64,000 nt of DNA from Planctomycetota bacterium (GTDB lineage: Bacteria; Planctomycetota; Planctomycetia; JALXBF01): positions 1 through 64,000 of the forward strand of contig JALXBF010000179.1 of the NCBI GenBank assembly GCA_026991575.1, given 5' to 3'. Positions 55,707 to 64,000 of this stretch are shown piece after piece (the first letter of the stretch is position 1; each line of letters starts with the position of its first letter). The notes under the pieces were generated by a model, which was not told where the DNA came from, searched no databases, and saw only the letters and a program-made list of their open reading frames with translations. Both the position numbers and the translations under genes were made by a program.

Positions 55707-58619
55707 TTAGCGACGCAGGTACTCGATCAGGTCGCGCACTTCCTGCTCCGACAGATCATCCAGCAGGCCTTCGGGCATAACCGATACGGGCCGGACCTGG
55801 TGTTCTTCGATCTCGTCCTTGGCGATGATGACCCGCCTGCCTTCTTCCATCTCGAGCACTAGTCGGTCCGCGGTTTCCTCAACGAGCTTCCCCGTGACCA
55901 CCTGCCCGGCTTTTGTCAGGACCGCATGCTGGAAGTAGGGCAGGCCGACGACTCTGTTGGGATCGATGATGTTGATTAGCAGGTACTGGACCGACCGGTC
56001 GGCACCGGTGAGGTCCGGGCCAACCTTTTGTCCTTCGCCGCGGAACGTATGGCATCCGGCACATTTCTTCTGGAACACCTTCTTGCCGCGCTCGCGGTCA
56101 CCGCGCCCGTTCCGCAGACGCACGATCCAGTAATCGATCTGGCGGGCAATCTCCTCGGGCGTGCGTTGCCGGACAGTACCCCACAGCTTTGCCAGGCGTC
56201 GCTTGAGCGTGTTGTCGCCCAGTCGGTTGATCCGTTCGGCCACGTTTGCCGTAATCCAATCGCGTTGCACCGTGCCGTCGGCCAGCCCGTCGAGCAGGAC
56301 GTGGGCCCAGGCGGCCCGGCTGGCCAAGGTAAGCAACGCGGCCTGACGGTCTTCGGCCGGCAGTGCGTTGAGCCGCTCAACGAGCCGGCGCGCGGCGGCG
56401 ACGTCCGCGACCCGCCCAAGCCAGAAGAGGGCCTCACGTCGCACGGGACCTGGCGTGCCGGGGTTGGTGGTTAGCTGCAGCAGGGCGTCCACGGCCTCCC
56501 GACCGGCTGCCGTTGCATAGAGGCGAACCGCCTTCCGGCGCCGCTCGACCGGGGTGTTCTCGGAGCTCAGCACACGGCGCAGTTCGGCAAGCGTAGCCTG
56601 GTCCCCGAAGCTGGCGCCCACCTGGAGGGCAAGCCACATCAGCTCACGGTCCCCGCTACGACGTGCCCGATGCAAGAGGTCCTTCCAAGCGTCCGGTGTT
56701 GGGTGCTTCTCCCCTTCCAGTGCGGCTGCCAATCCACGCAGCGCCGCGGCGAAGACAGGCCGATCGGTCTGTGTTGCCGCGAAGTGCACCGCGCGCCGGA
56801 TCGCTTCGGCCGTGCCCAAGTCCGCAACCCGGCGCACGATCCGCTCCAGCAGATGACGGCGCACCAGTTCGCTCTCGCGCGCCGCCTGCTCGGCCCACTG
56901 CAGGTAACTCCTTGGCCTCTCGGCAACACGCGGCTCCATGGCAAACCAGATCATGAGCGGGAGGTTCGGGTCGTCGGCATCGTGGCTGTTCAGGGCAAGT
57001 TCCCTGACGGCGCGGTCCACCCACTCACCTGCTGTGACCTTCTGACAGGCAGACGCCAGAGCGAGCCGCACGTGGCAGCTGGGGTCGTGGGCGAGGCCAC
57101 GCGGATCGATCCTGGTGAGGTCGACGCGGTCCGAACCTGCGGCAGCGTCGACGGCCAGGCGAATCGCCCAGGCCCGTACCCACTCGTGCTTCGATTGCAA
57201 GGCACGGGTCAGATCCTCCTGACCGAATGCTCCGATGTTGAATAACGCCCACAGCGAGCGGAGCGCGTGCAGCTCACCGGTGGCCGGATCGGCGATTCGG
57301 TGCCGCAGTAGTGCAGCAACCGACCGGTCTCGGCGTTCGGCCAGGATACGCAGCGCGGTGCGGTACCACCACGGATTGTCTGACTTCAGCAACTCGACCA
57401 GCTCTGCAGTGGGCCGATCACTAAGAGGCCGGAATGGTCTGGGGCGGTCGGCGGAGGGGGGCACGAGCTTGTACACACGTCCGCGCTTCTTGTCCCACAG
57501 TTCCGGGGGGGTTTGGTGACAGGGCCACTGGTCATGCCAGTCGATGACGTACAGGGCGCCATCGGGGCCCACCTGGATGTTTACCGGTCGCACATTCCGG
57601 TCGCCCGAGGCGAGGAAATCGGGGGCATGCCGGGCCACGAAGCCGGAGCCCCGTGGGCGGAGCACGTCCCGTTTGATGGAGCAGCCGTGGATGGACCCGA
57701 AGATGACGCTACCGCGGAGTGTTTCCGGCCACAGCGGCCCCTCCAGGACGACGCAGCCGGCGTGTGCCCAGCCACTTTCTTCGTGATGAAGATGGTTACT
57801 GATCTCGCGGAGCTGGCCGTAGTCGTATGGGTTCCGGTTCTGGCCCGCCTGCCGGATGTAGCGGCCTCCAGGGATCATGTAGAACAGGTGAGGGATCACG
57901 CAGGCGGTTAGAAACATGCGCCCTCGGCTGTCGAAGTCGATGCCCCACGGGTTTGAGGTTCCCTCTGCGAAGAGTTCGAACTTCTTCAACCTCGGGTGGT
58001 ACCGCCACACGGCCGCGTCCAGGTAGATGCCAGCGACCTCGCTGCGGGTGAACACACCGTGCAGACCGTAGAGCCAGCCATCCGGGCCCCAGGTAAACGT
58101 GTTCAGTAGTTCGTGGGTGTCGTGCCGGCCCCAGCCAGTCAGGAGTACCTCTCGTGTGTCAGCACGGTCATCGCCGTCGGTGTCACGCAGGAAAAGCAGG
58201 TTCGGGGCAACACCCACGAACACACCGCCATACCCCACGGCCAGACCGGTTGCCAGGTCGAATCCCTCGGCAAAGACCGTGACCTTATCCGCCCGGTGAT
58301 CACCATCGGTGTCCTCAAAGATCTTGATGCGGTCACGCGGCTTCTTGCCGGGGGGTGCACCAAGGGGGTATTCGAAGCATTCCAGCACCCAGAGCCGACC
58401 CCGGTCATCAAACGACATGGCGATGGGATTGGCCAAGTCCGGCTCGCCGGCGAAAAGGTATGCCTTGAAGCCATCAGGCAATCGAAACCGCTCCGGCGTC
58501 TCATCGGGCGGCAGGTAGGGCTGTCCCGAAGGGCGGCGCAAGTGGATCTGGCCAGAGGCGCTGTGGCACGTGATCGCCAACACCACAGCCGTCAAACAGG
58601 ACGAAACGAATCGCTGCAT
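55707..58619 (-). CDS. PVC-type membrane-bound dehydrogenase-like protein (beta-propeller + HEAT repeats + C-terminal CxxCH cytochrome c)
   Basis: LPDGFKAYLFAGEPDLANPIAMSFDDRGRLWV, EDTDGD, CAGCH...GPDLTG and SVMPEGL. Confidence 0.9.
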   Translation of the reverse strand: MQRFVSSCLTAVVLAITCHSASGQIHLRRPSGQPYLPPDETPERFRLPDGFKAYLFAGEPDLANPIAMSFDDRGRLWVLECFEYPLGAPPGKKPRDRIKIFEDTDGDHRADKVTVFAEGFDLATGLAVGYGGVFVGVAPNLLFLRDTDGDDRADTREVLLTGWGRHDTHELLNTFTWGPDGWLYGLHGVFTRSEVAGIYLDAAVWRYHPRLKKFELFAEGTSNPWGIDFDSRGRMFLTACVIPHLFYMIPGGRYIRQAGQNRNPYDYGQLREISNHLHHEESGWAHAGCVVLEGPLWPETLRGSVIFGSIHGCSIKRDVLRPRGSGFVARHAPDFLASGDRNVRPVNIQVGPDGALYVIDWHDQWPCHQTPPELWDKKRGRVYKLVPPSADRPRPFRPLSDRPTAELVELLKSDNPWWYRTALRILAERRDRSVAALLRHRIADPATGELHALRSLWALFNIGAFGQEDLTRALQSKHEWVRAWAIRLAVDAAAGSDRVDLTRIDPRGLAHDPSCHVRLALASACQKVTAGEWVDRAVRELALNSHDADDPNLPLMIWFAMEPRVAERPRSYLQWAEQAARESELVRRHLLERIVRRVADLGTAEAIRRAVHFAATQTDRPVFAAALRGLAAALEGEKHPTPDAWKDLLHRARRSGDRELMWLALQVGASFGDQATLAELRRVLSSENTPVERRRKAVRLYATAAGREAVDALLQLTTNPGTPGPVRREALFWLGRVADVAAARRLVERLNALPAEDRQAALLTLASRAAWAHVLLDGLADGTVQRDWITANVAERINRLGDNTLKRRLAKLWGTVRQRTPEEIARQIDYWIVRLRNGRGDRERGKKVFQKKCAGCHTFRGEGQKVGPDLTGADRSVQYLLINIIDPNRVVGLPYFQHAVLTKAGQVVTGKLVEETADRLVLEMEEGRRVIIAKDEIEEHQVRPVSVMPEGLLDDLSEQEVRDLIEYLRR

Positions 58620-58659
58620 CGTGTGCCTAACCTCAAGTAGTGGTTTCACTCGGCGATTC

Positions 58660-59352
58660 TCATGGTTTCGGCGGGGGCAAAAGCTGTTCCAGCTCGGCGA
58701 GCGTTTCAAGCACCGCATGCGGCTTTTCCTTTGCCAGTTCGTTCGCTTGGGCCCACCCGGTGAGTACAGCAACGGGAACCGCCCCGATGGCCCGGGCACA
58801 GCGCAGGTCGTGGACCGTGTCCCCGATCACGAAGCACCGCTGTGGATCGGGCTCGCAGGACAGGAAGCGGCGAACGGCTTCGAGGGCATCGCGCGCGACC
58901 ATACGCCGGTCCACGAAACGGTCGCCGAAGCCGCCGCACGGAAAGTAGCGCGCCAGCCCGAAGTGAGCCAGCTTCGTGTACGCTCCCCTGCGGATGTTCC
59001 CGGTAAGCAGCGCAAGGACGGTGTCGGGCCGGTTGCGGAGCGATTCCAGGACTTCCGGAACGTGGGGCAGGACACGCCCCTCGGGGCGTTCGGCCAATGT
59101 CTCCGGTAGCGCCTCGCAGTAGAACTGGAAAAAGACCTCGACCGTGTCCGGGTCCGGGCTGATCCCCGCGGTGCGTAACAGATCATGAGCGATGGCGCGG
59201 TCCGTGCGGCCGGCAAAATCGACGGCCTCCCCGGGGCTTGCCCCGGGACTGAGTCGGCTTAGCGCACGCAGCATCGCAGCCCGGCCTGCGCCAGCCGTGT
59301 CAATGAGCGTGCCATCGATGTCGAAGAACACAACCGTTGGCGGTTTCACCAC
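58660..59352 (-). CDS. HAD-superfamily hydrolase
   Basis: FFDIDGTL, LLTGN and VIGDTVHD. Confidence 0.9.
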   Translation of the reverse strand: MVKPPTVVFFDIDGTLIDTAGAGRAAMLRALSRLSPGASPGEAVDFAGRTDRAIAHDLLRTAGISPDPDTVEVFFQFYCEALPETLAERPEGRVLPHVPEVLESLRNRPDTVLALLTGNIRRGAYTKLAHFGLARYFPCGGFGDRFVDRRMVARDALEAVRRFLSCEPDPQRCFVIGDTVHDLRCARAIGAVPVAVLTGWAQANELAKEKPHAVLETLAELEQLLPPPKP

Positions 59353-59364
59353 CGTCCGCAGCTC

Positions 59365-61443
59365 CTATGGCCGCGCCGCAGCGGTGTCGGCCGTGGGCAA
59401 GCGGTTCAGCGTGTAGAAGCCCTCTGGGTGCAGCAGCGGGTTACCCTCGGCAGAGCGGACACCGGCGGCAGTCAGTTGGTAGACGCGACCGGTACGCAGC
59501 TGGTCGCGGGGCACATGCAGCCGCACACGCAACCCGCTCGCGTCCACCTCCGCCCGCGTGATCGACACAGGGCGGCGGTCGATTTCCGGTGAGCCGTACG
59601 TACTCCAGTAATGGTATGTGTAGCTTTCCAGCGAGTACGATTCGACGCTTGCAGCTGTGCGGCGGTCAACCGGTAGCGTGAACGTCAGTTCGAACCCGTA
59701 CGGCTTGACCCGGAAGTGCTTGATTTCGAACGGCACCCTACCCGTGAACACCACCCGCTGTAGTCCGTAGGGCTTGCCGCCAACCGATCCCCAACCACGA
59801 TCCGTCTCGCCCACGTACAGCGTTCCGTCCGGAGCAAACGCTAGCCGATTAACGCCGCACTGGAAACCGGACCGGAACGCAAAACACGCCCCCTGGTACC
59901 GGCCCCCGACCCGTTCCAGATCCACCCGCATGATCAGCGACTTTGTCTGCTCGCCCACAAAGCACTGTCCCGCAAAAGGGCCGAACTTACCGCCCGTTAC
60001 GTCCCAGACCGGTTCGCTTGCTGATTGACTCAACTGAGCATACGGGAACCAGACTGCAGGCGGGGTCACATGTAGGGACGGGTCCAGTGCATCGTACCGC
60101 TGGCCCTTCTGCGGGATGCGGTCCTCGCGCCATCGGGGATGCCAGCGCAGGCTGGCCACATGCCCGTAGAACTCCCCCCGGCGCACCTCAACCAACTTGC
60201 AGGCCGCCACCCACTCGCCCTGGTTGTCGCAGTAGAACACCGTGCCGTCCGGTGCCACGGCGATCGTGTTCGGCGACCGCAGCCCGGAGGCCCATGGGAT
60301 GAAGCGTCCGTCGGGGGTGATCCGTACGCACCAGCCACGCCAGGGAGCCTTCGCCTGGTGCCCCCACTGGAAGCCAACATTCAACGCCACAAAGAACGAG
60401 CCGTCCGGCGCACGCGCCGGGCCAAAGGCAAACTCGTGGTAGTCGCCCGACAGTCCCCAGGCATCCGAGATCGTGATGAACTCATCGGCCCGATCGTCCC
60501 CGTCTGTGTCCCGGACGAGCGTCAGCTCCGGCCGCTGGCAAACGTACAGGTCGTTGCCGACAAGAGTCATGCCCAGCGGCTCATGCAGGCCGCTGGCAAA
60601 TAACCGGAAACGGACCCGCGACAGGTCATCCGCGTCGGGGTTCTCCACCAGCCAGATCTCCCCCCGGCGCGTGCATACCAGGAGCTTGCCGTCGGGGCGA
60701 ACCACCAGGCCGCCCACCTCAAGCACGATGTCTTCCGGCACTGGTATCGTGTAGATGCGGTAGTAGAGCGACTCCGGATCCGACGGGAAGTCCTCCTCGA
60801 GCCGCCGCTGCAGTTCCGCCTCCAACCGGGCCGGTAACCGCAGCGCGAAGTAGAACCCCATCGGGCCACCGTGGTTGCAGATTTTGACCAACAGGTGGTT
60901 GACTCCCTTCTTCAGCGGTAACTGAACCTCGTCCTGATCCGGTGCCACCGCACGCTCCACATCCCGGGCAAGCACCTTGTAACCGTTCACCCAGACCGTG
61001 ATCGTGTCGTCACTGCCGAAGGTGGCGGTTACCAGAGCGCGGCGGGGGCTGACGAGCCGGCGGTACAGGTAAACGCAGGAGTTTTCGACGTTGGGATAGA
61101 GCTGAAGGTTGTTGACTTGGTTATCCAGTACGCGCACGGCCTTGCGCCACCGCACCTCCTGGCCTGCCCGTCCCCTGTAAGTTCGTTTCAGATCAGGGGG
61201 CCAGTCACGCTCAGGGGGATACTCCGTGCGGAATCCGGTGCCGGCCACGTTGTCAAACGGCCCCAGAAAGTACCAGGGCCCGACCGCCCGCGGCAGGCCG
61301 GTGGCCGCCAGGGTTGCTTCGATCGTCTCTTGCCGGGTTGCCTTCCGCACGTAGTGCAGCTGCCTCTGCGCCAGGGCCTCAGGCGGATAGCCGGCAGCGC
61401 ACAGCCAGACGAGGAGAAACCCGTAACCCGTCAAACGTTTCAT
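59365..61443 (-). CDS. Secreted PA14-like + glucose/sorbosone-dehydrogenase-like beta-propeller protein
   Basis: Signal peptide; GSDD..VWVNG domain; FASGLHEPLG, DTDGDDRAD, DNQGEW and FGPFAGQ. Confidence 0.8.
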   Translation of the reverse strand: MKRLTGYGFLLVWLCAAGYPPEALAQRQLHYVRKATRQETIEATLAATGLPRAVGPWYFLGPFDNVAGTGFRTEYPPERDWPPDLKRTYRGRAGQEVRWRKAVRVLDNQVNNLQLYPNVENSCVYLYRRLVSPRRALVTATFGSDDTITVWVNGYKVLARDVERAVAPDQDEVQLPLKKGVNHLLVKICNHGGPMGFYFALRLPARLEAELQRRLEEDFPSDPESLYYRIYTIPVPEDIVLEVGGLVVRPDGKLLVCTRRGEIWLVENPDADDLSRVRFRLFASGLHEPLGMTLVGNDLYVCQRPELTLVRDTDGDDRADEFITISDAWGLSGDYHEFAFGPARAPDGSFFVALNVGFQWGHQAKAPWRGWCVRITPDGRFIPWASGLRSPNTIAVAPDGTVFYCDNQGEWVAACKLVEVRRGEFYGHVASLRWHPRWREDRIPQKGQRYDALDPSLHVTPPAVWFPYAQLSQSASEPVWDVTGGKFGPFAGQCFVGEQTKSLIMRVDLERVGGRYQGACFAFRSGFQCGVNRLAFAPDGTLYVGETDRGWGSVGGKPYGLQRVVFTGRVPFEIKHFRVKPYGFELTFTLPVDRRTAASVESYSLESYTYHYWSTYGSPEIDRRPVSITRAEVDASGLRVRLHVPRDQLRTGRVYQLTAAGVRSAEGNPLLHPEGFYTLNRLPTADTAAARP

Positions 61444-64000
61444 TGGCCTTTCTCTCGCGGGGCAGCGTCTGCCGCTGAGGCTGTCGCTGCAATGAGCCGT
61501 TTGATGCTCTGCGGCTCATCCGTGTACGGTGCCCAATAGCCAACCGTTACTTTCGCCGGCCGCTGTGGGCCCAGCTCGAGGGCGCATTCGGCCAACCAGC
61601 GCTCCGTGCCGCGGCGGGTGTGCAGCTTCGCTCCCTGTAGCACCACGAGCACGGTTCCCGTAGGGCTCTGCAAAAGCGCAGCGACGGCGTCATCTGGTCC
61701 GGTTGCCCCGGTTCCATCACTGCGAATCAGACGCGGTTGCTCGGTCGTTTCGCCGAGCAACCACCATAGTGTGCCCACCCTGCGAGCCTGCGCTCGCAGC
61801 GCGACTACCAGTCCGGGGCCCGCGGCGTCCTGCACGCCACGCGGCGTCTGCTCTAGTTGCACCCGAGTGCCGTCATAGGCGTCGAACTCAACGAGGAACG
61901 TCGGCTGTCCGGCCTGATCCAGTCGGTAACCTCGGAACCAGACGCGCCGCGGCTCCGGTGGCAGGCTCGTCGGCGGCAACGGATCAGCAAAGCACGGGTC
62001 AGCGCGCAGGCGTGCCCAGTCCGGGGGACGGGCATCGGTTACGAAGTACCAGGGGAACTGCGCAACGTGCTGCCAGAACCGCGAACCGACCGGGATCGCC
62101 GGATTGCCACCCCGATTGGCCCACACCGGTGTCGCGTCCAGGAACCCTCCGGACCAGGCGTATGCCAAGCGGCCACGGGCAGCGTCGAACGCGTAGGAGA
62201 CCTGGCTCGGGAATCCGACGGCGATTGCGCGTGTGCTGGTTTCCGGCATGAACGTGCGCAGCAAGTACGGCCGATCCTTCACCTCGATCACCAACCCCTG
62301 CGGCGGCAGCAGACCTTCGGGCAACGGTGCTCGGTTGCCGAGCGATAGGTAGGCCCAGATCGCATCCAGCTGCTTTCTGCCGTCGCCGCCCAGCACAGTG
62401 CGAATCTGGGTAGTGTCGTTGGGGAAGATGGTTGGCATACGGGTTCCAGGTATGATGCGTTGCGCGTCCCGCAGCCAGCGTACGAACCACGGGTAGCGTA
62501 TCCGCTGCGTCACCGTGCTCAGCTCTGGTCCTCTGGTCCCCTCGCCGTACCGCCCGAGCATGTCATGGCAGCTGATGCATCCGTAGCCTCCCTTCCCGAC
62601 CAGAAATCGGCCTGCCTCAATGCGCTCGGGGCTTGGCGTCAGCTTCGGATCGCCGGTTTCGCCCGGTGCGACACCGTCGAAGGCCGCCAGCCAGCGGGCC
62701 AGCCGACCGACGGCCTGCCGGCCAAAGTCCGGCATGCGCAGTGGCATCCATGGCCGCACCCTACGGTGCTGCAGGAGTACAGCGGTCAGCCACTCCGTGC
62801 GCAGTTTCTCGCCGGTAGCCGTCAGTGGCGGTGGCGTAACCGCCTCGGCATGATCTGCCCCGAATCGCTGCCGCAGCCGATCGACGAACTCCGGCGCCAG
62901 GCCACCGTTGCCATGCCATTCGTGGCAGCGAACGCAGCCGTAGAAACGAAGCAGCTGGGGCACTCGGTGCGTGGGGGCCTCCGCGGGGGGAGTCTCTGGC
63001 AGAGTGCGCGTCAGGAACGCCACCAGAGCATCGCGCTCCGTCGGGTCCAACCGGTAGCGCGCGATGCGACGACCGCGTCCGGCGATGCACCCCCGGGCCG
63101 TCAGTTGCTGTGCGGAGACTGCGCCGAGCCGCGGGGCGGCCATTCGGTTCCGTAGCGGCCTGCCCTGTTCGCTCAACCGATGGCAGGCCAGGCAGCCGAC
63201 GACCTGGATCAGTTCTCGGCCGGCGGCGATAAGAGCGGCACGTGGATCGCGCTCGGCTGCTACTTGCTGTGTGATGTCGGGAGAACCACCTAGCGCGCGT
63301 ACGGCCTCGGCAAGCTCCTGGGGGGAGGCGCTCGGCAGGTCGGGATGCAGATCGCCCTCGTCGAACTCGTCGCTGCAGACGTAATGCGCCAACGCGAGGG
63401 CCTCGTCCTCGGACAGTTTCACCCGCGGCATTCGGCCGGATGGATGGTATCGGAGCGGATCGAGCAAGAATCGCGCGATCGACCGCGGGCTGGCCTTCGC
63501 CGCCATGTAGGTCAAGCGGTACAGAGGCGGACGCCGGCCGGCTGCGCGGTGGCAGACGGCGCAGCCGACGAGCTCAAAGAGCTGGCGGCCCGCATCGACC
63601 AATTGCTTGCGGCGCTCTTCGGAGACAGCCTTCGGCTTAGGCAGCTTTTCCTTGAGCGAGCTCAAGTATGCCACGAGAGCAGCTCGCGCCAGCTCGCCGG
63701 TGCGGTCCTGCGGTAGCAGAGCAGGCATCCATGTGTCGGGCCGCAGCTTCTGTGGTTCCTTCAACCATGCGCTCAGCCAATCGGCCTTGAGCCGGCTACC
63801 GATGCCCGACAGGTCGGGGGCCCCGATCGGTTCGGCTGCGGCAAACAGGCGGTCAGCGTCCTGCTGGCCGTGGCATGCGGCACACTGCAGGGCCCGGGCG
63901 ATACCCCGACCGCGTTCGATGAGCTGCCAACGGGCCAGCACCTTGCCTTCCTGCTCCGGCCGGTGACGCAGCACGCGTGACGGAAGCGGCTCCGGCAGGA
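61440..64000 (-). CDS. Multi-heme cytochrome c protein (5'-partial)
   Basis: Five CxxCH motifs are visible (CAACH, CAVCH, CLACH, CVRCH, CISCH). The frame is open to the window edge and overlaps the next gene by ATGA. Confidence 0.88.
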   Translation of the reverse strand, partial: LPEPLPSRVLRHRPEQEGKVLARWQLIERGRGIARALQCAACHGQQDADRLFAAAEPIGAPDLSGIGSRLKADWLSAWLKEPQKLRPDTWMPALLPQDRTGELARAALVAYLSSLKEKLPKPKAVSEERRKQLVDAGRQLFELVGCAVCHRAAGRRPPLYRLTYMAAKASPRSIARFLLDPLRYHPSGRMPRVKLSEDEALALAHYVCSDEFDEGDLHPDLPSASPQELAEAVRALGGSPDITQQVAAERDPRAALIAAGRELIQVVGCLACHRLSEQGRPLRNRMAAPRLGAVSAQQLTARGCIAGRGRRIARYRLDPTERDALVAFLTRTLPETPPAEAPTHRVPQLLRFYGCVRCHEWHGNGGLAPEFVDRLRQRFGADHAEAVTPPPLTATGEKLRTEWLTAVLLQHRRVRPWMPLRMPDFGRQAVGRLARWLAAFDGVAPGETGDPKLTPSPERIEAGRFLVGKGGYGCISCHDMLGRYGEGTRGPELSTVTQRIRYPWFVRWLRDAQRIIPGTRMPTIFPNDTTQIRTVLGGDGRKQLDAIWAYLSLGNRAPLPEGLLPPQGLVIEVKDRPYLLRTFMPETSTRAIAVGFPSQVSYAFDAARGRLAYAWSGGFLDATPVWANRGGNPAIPVGSRFWQHVAQFPWYFVTDARPPDWARLRADPCFADPLPPTSLPPEPRRVWFRGYRLDQAGQPTFLVEFDAYDGTRVQLEQTPRGVQDAAGPGLVVALRAQARRVGTLWWLLGETTEQPRLIRSDGTGATGPDDAVAALLQSPTGTVLVVLQGAKLHTRRGTERWLAECALELGPQRPAKVTVGYWAPYTDEPQSIKRLIAATASAADAAPREKGQ

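Overview
GC-rich bacterial DNA, most likely from a planctomycete. This is inferred from DUF1501, DUF1549/DUF1553 with planctomycete cytochrome c, PVC-type CxxCH dehydrogenase-like genes and an Lpg1974/BBP7-like porin. The window has four blocks. (1) About 2.7-14.9 kb is an accessory region. It holds an ISAs1 relic and a 5'-truncated Rhs/YD gene whose C-terminal His/Cys (DUF4347-like) domain recurs, without those residues, at the end of the next gene, an exported beta-propeller protein. It also holds four structured repeats arranged as two inverted pairs, an IS630 inserted into one of them, and a 135-bp tandem-repeat ORF. (2) About 15-29 kb has hydrolases, two divergent DUF1553/DUF1501 modules and DUF885. 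(3) About 29.4-53.7 kb is a flagellar basal-body, export and hook cluster with odd features. It has two MotB paralogs, one lacking the ion-binding Asp and both lacking the OmpA peptidoglycan-binding motif. FliM lacks the CheY-binding peptide, no distal rod, ring or filament genes are present, and unknown lipoproteins follow flhA. A probable 655-bp insertion lies between fliM and fliN. (4) About 54-64 kb has a porin and a cytochrome c/dehydrogenase-like operon. I recognised no rRNA, tRNA or CRISPR array. All calls come from reading motifs by eye; no searches were run.
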